From: Epiperipatus broadwayi
Lineage: Eukaryota > Animalia > Onychophora
Length of the DNA: 64,000 nucleotides
Assembly: GCA_028023455.1 (NCBI GenBank)
Contig: JAQFVV010000001.1
Coordinates: 10,168,001-10,232,000, forward strand
Reading direction: 5' to 3'
The notes beneath the pieces are model-generated. The model did no database searches, had not been told where the DNA came from, and worked only from the letters and a program-made list of their open reading frames with translations. This document shows positions 63,001 through 64,000 of this stretch, one piece after another. Within the stretch, counting starts at the first letter, position 1; every line of letters starts with the position of its first letter. A program made the translations under genes and the position numbers.

Positions 63001-64000
63001 CATGAAGTACTTCATTAAAAATGTTCTTGTTAGGTAGCTTTTGATAGTTCTCTTTGGTATATTTCTTTTATCTCGGTTATGTGTTTATTACATAATTAAA
63101 ATCAGCTCATTGGCATTTTTCAACAAATATAGTTAAAATTTCCTTTTGATTATGAAAATTCTCTTTAAAAATAACTTCTGTTTCTCCAAACTTTTTTTTA
63201 TTTTAAATTCATTTGCTAATATTGTTAAAAAACTGCTTTTTTGAAATTTTTTATTCAGTTTCCTTAAAATATCTATATTCTTGACTTCTCTTCATTTTTT
63301 TTTTTTTTACAATCACATTGTAACTTTTAACATGCTAGATTAATCTTTATTTACTATATTTCATTCACTTCCATTCTAAATTTCATATAATATACTATCA
63401 ATTACATCTTATCTATGACATTCTCACTAAATGCAATAAGTATATTGTATGATTATATCTACAATATTGGACAAATTTGTATTTCTATTTAAACCTCATC
63501 TCATACTGCACATTAATTAATTCATGATTCGTTTTACAATGAATAAAATTGATTTGATTCATATACTTCATTTAATGCTACCCATCATCATATTGTCAAA
63601 AATAAGTCATTCATTACATAATTAGGCTCACAGTAATCAACAAGAATTCCTTTTTCATTACTTCCAATTTATTGCAATTCAATAACAATAACGAAAAGTA
63701 TCTTTTCCCTGCAAATCTCTAACTGTATTTGATCAAAATTTAATTTATTTTTCATTGGCAAAATATGTTGGGGCAATACACATGGTTATTACAGATAAAT
63801 AAAGAATTAATGCAACTCATAAATAAATTCATAATTATACATAATAGAGATTAAACAAAAAAATTTCAATGATAATTAATGTAATTTTTTTTATTAATAA
63901 CTGCTTAAAAATTAAGCAATAAATTAACTAAATCACTCTGATAAAGAAACATTAATCTAAACAATATGAATAGCTTTCTTGGAGCAAAAAATAATGAACT

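Noticed and set aside
1-64000. CRISPR arrays, rRNA/tRNA genes, prokaryotic operons or defence systems; the remaining 60-110-aa track ORFs
   Set aside because: No repeat-spacer array, RNA-gene signature or dense coding. The short ORFs are low-complexity, antisense to TE ORFs, or of a size expected at random.

Overview
Very AT-rich eukaryotic genomic DNA, probably from an arthropod or insect (inference from the tRNA-Ser-type PBS, RTE/Gypsy/piggyBac content and CpG decay). I found no rRNA, tRNA, CRISPR array or operon. The window is mostly intronic or intergenic sequence filled with layered transposable elements: (1) an internally deleted Ty3/Gypsy element (2350-5655) and a related solo LTR (21675-22304); (2) a full-length but mutated RTE-clade LINE with an 11-bp TSD and a structured 5' leader (23414-26750); (3) a younger Ty3/Gypsy element with 734-bp LTRs and a perfect TATAC TSD (50553-56465), whose protease is split by a 745-bp TTAA-flanked piggyBac-like non-autonomous element and whose integrase has an in-frame core deletion; (4) large TGTA...TACA-bounded solo-LTR-like elements sitting in (TA)n tracts; (5) several old LINE remnants and a Penelope-type GIY-YIG remnant; (6) a head-to-head ~354-bp satellite, an inverted pair of modular GA-rich repeats and a perfect 84-bp palindrome. 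One convincing host exon (57661-57745, minus strand) encodes a PDE2-like GAF segment, so most of the window may be one very long intron. I see no clear new multi-gene system. The best leads are the RTE leader RNA structure, the nested piggyBac-like insert, the (TA)n-targeted LTRs and the two fold-back repeat structures. All counts and alignments were made by eye.
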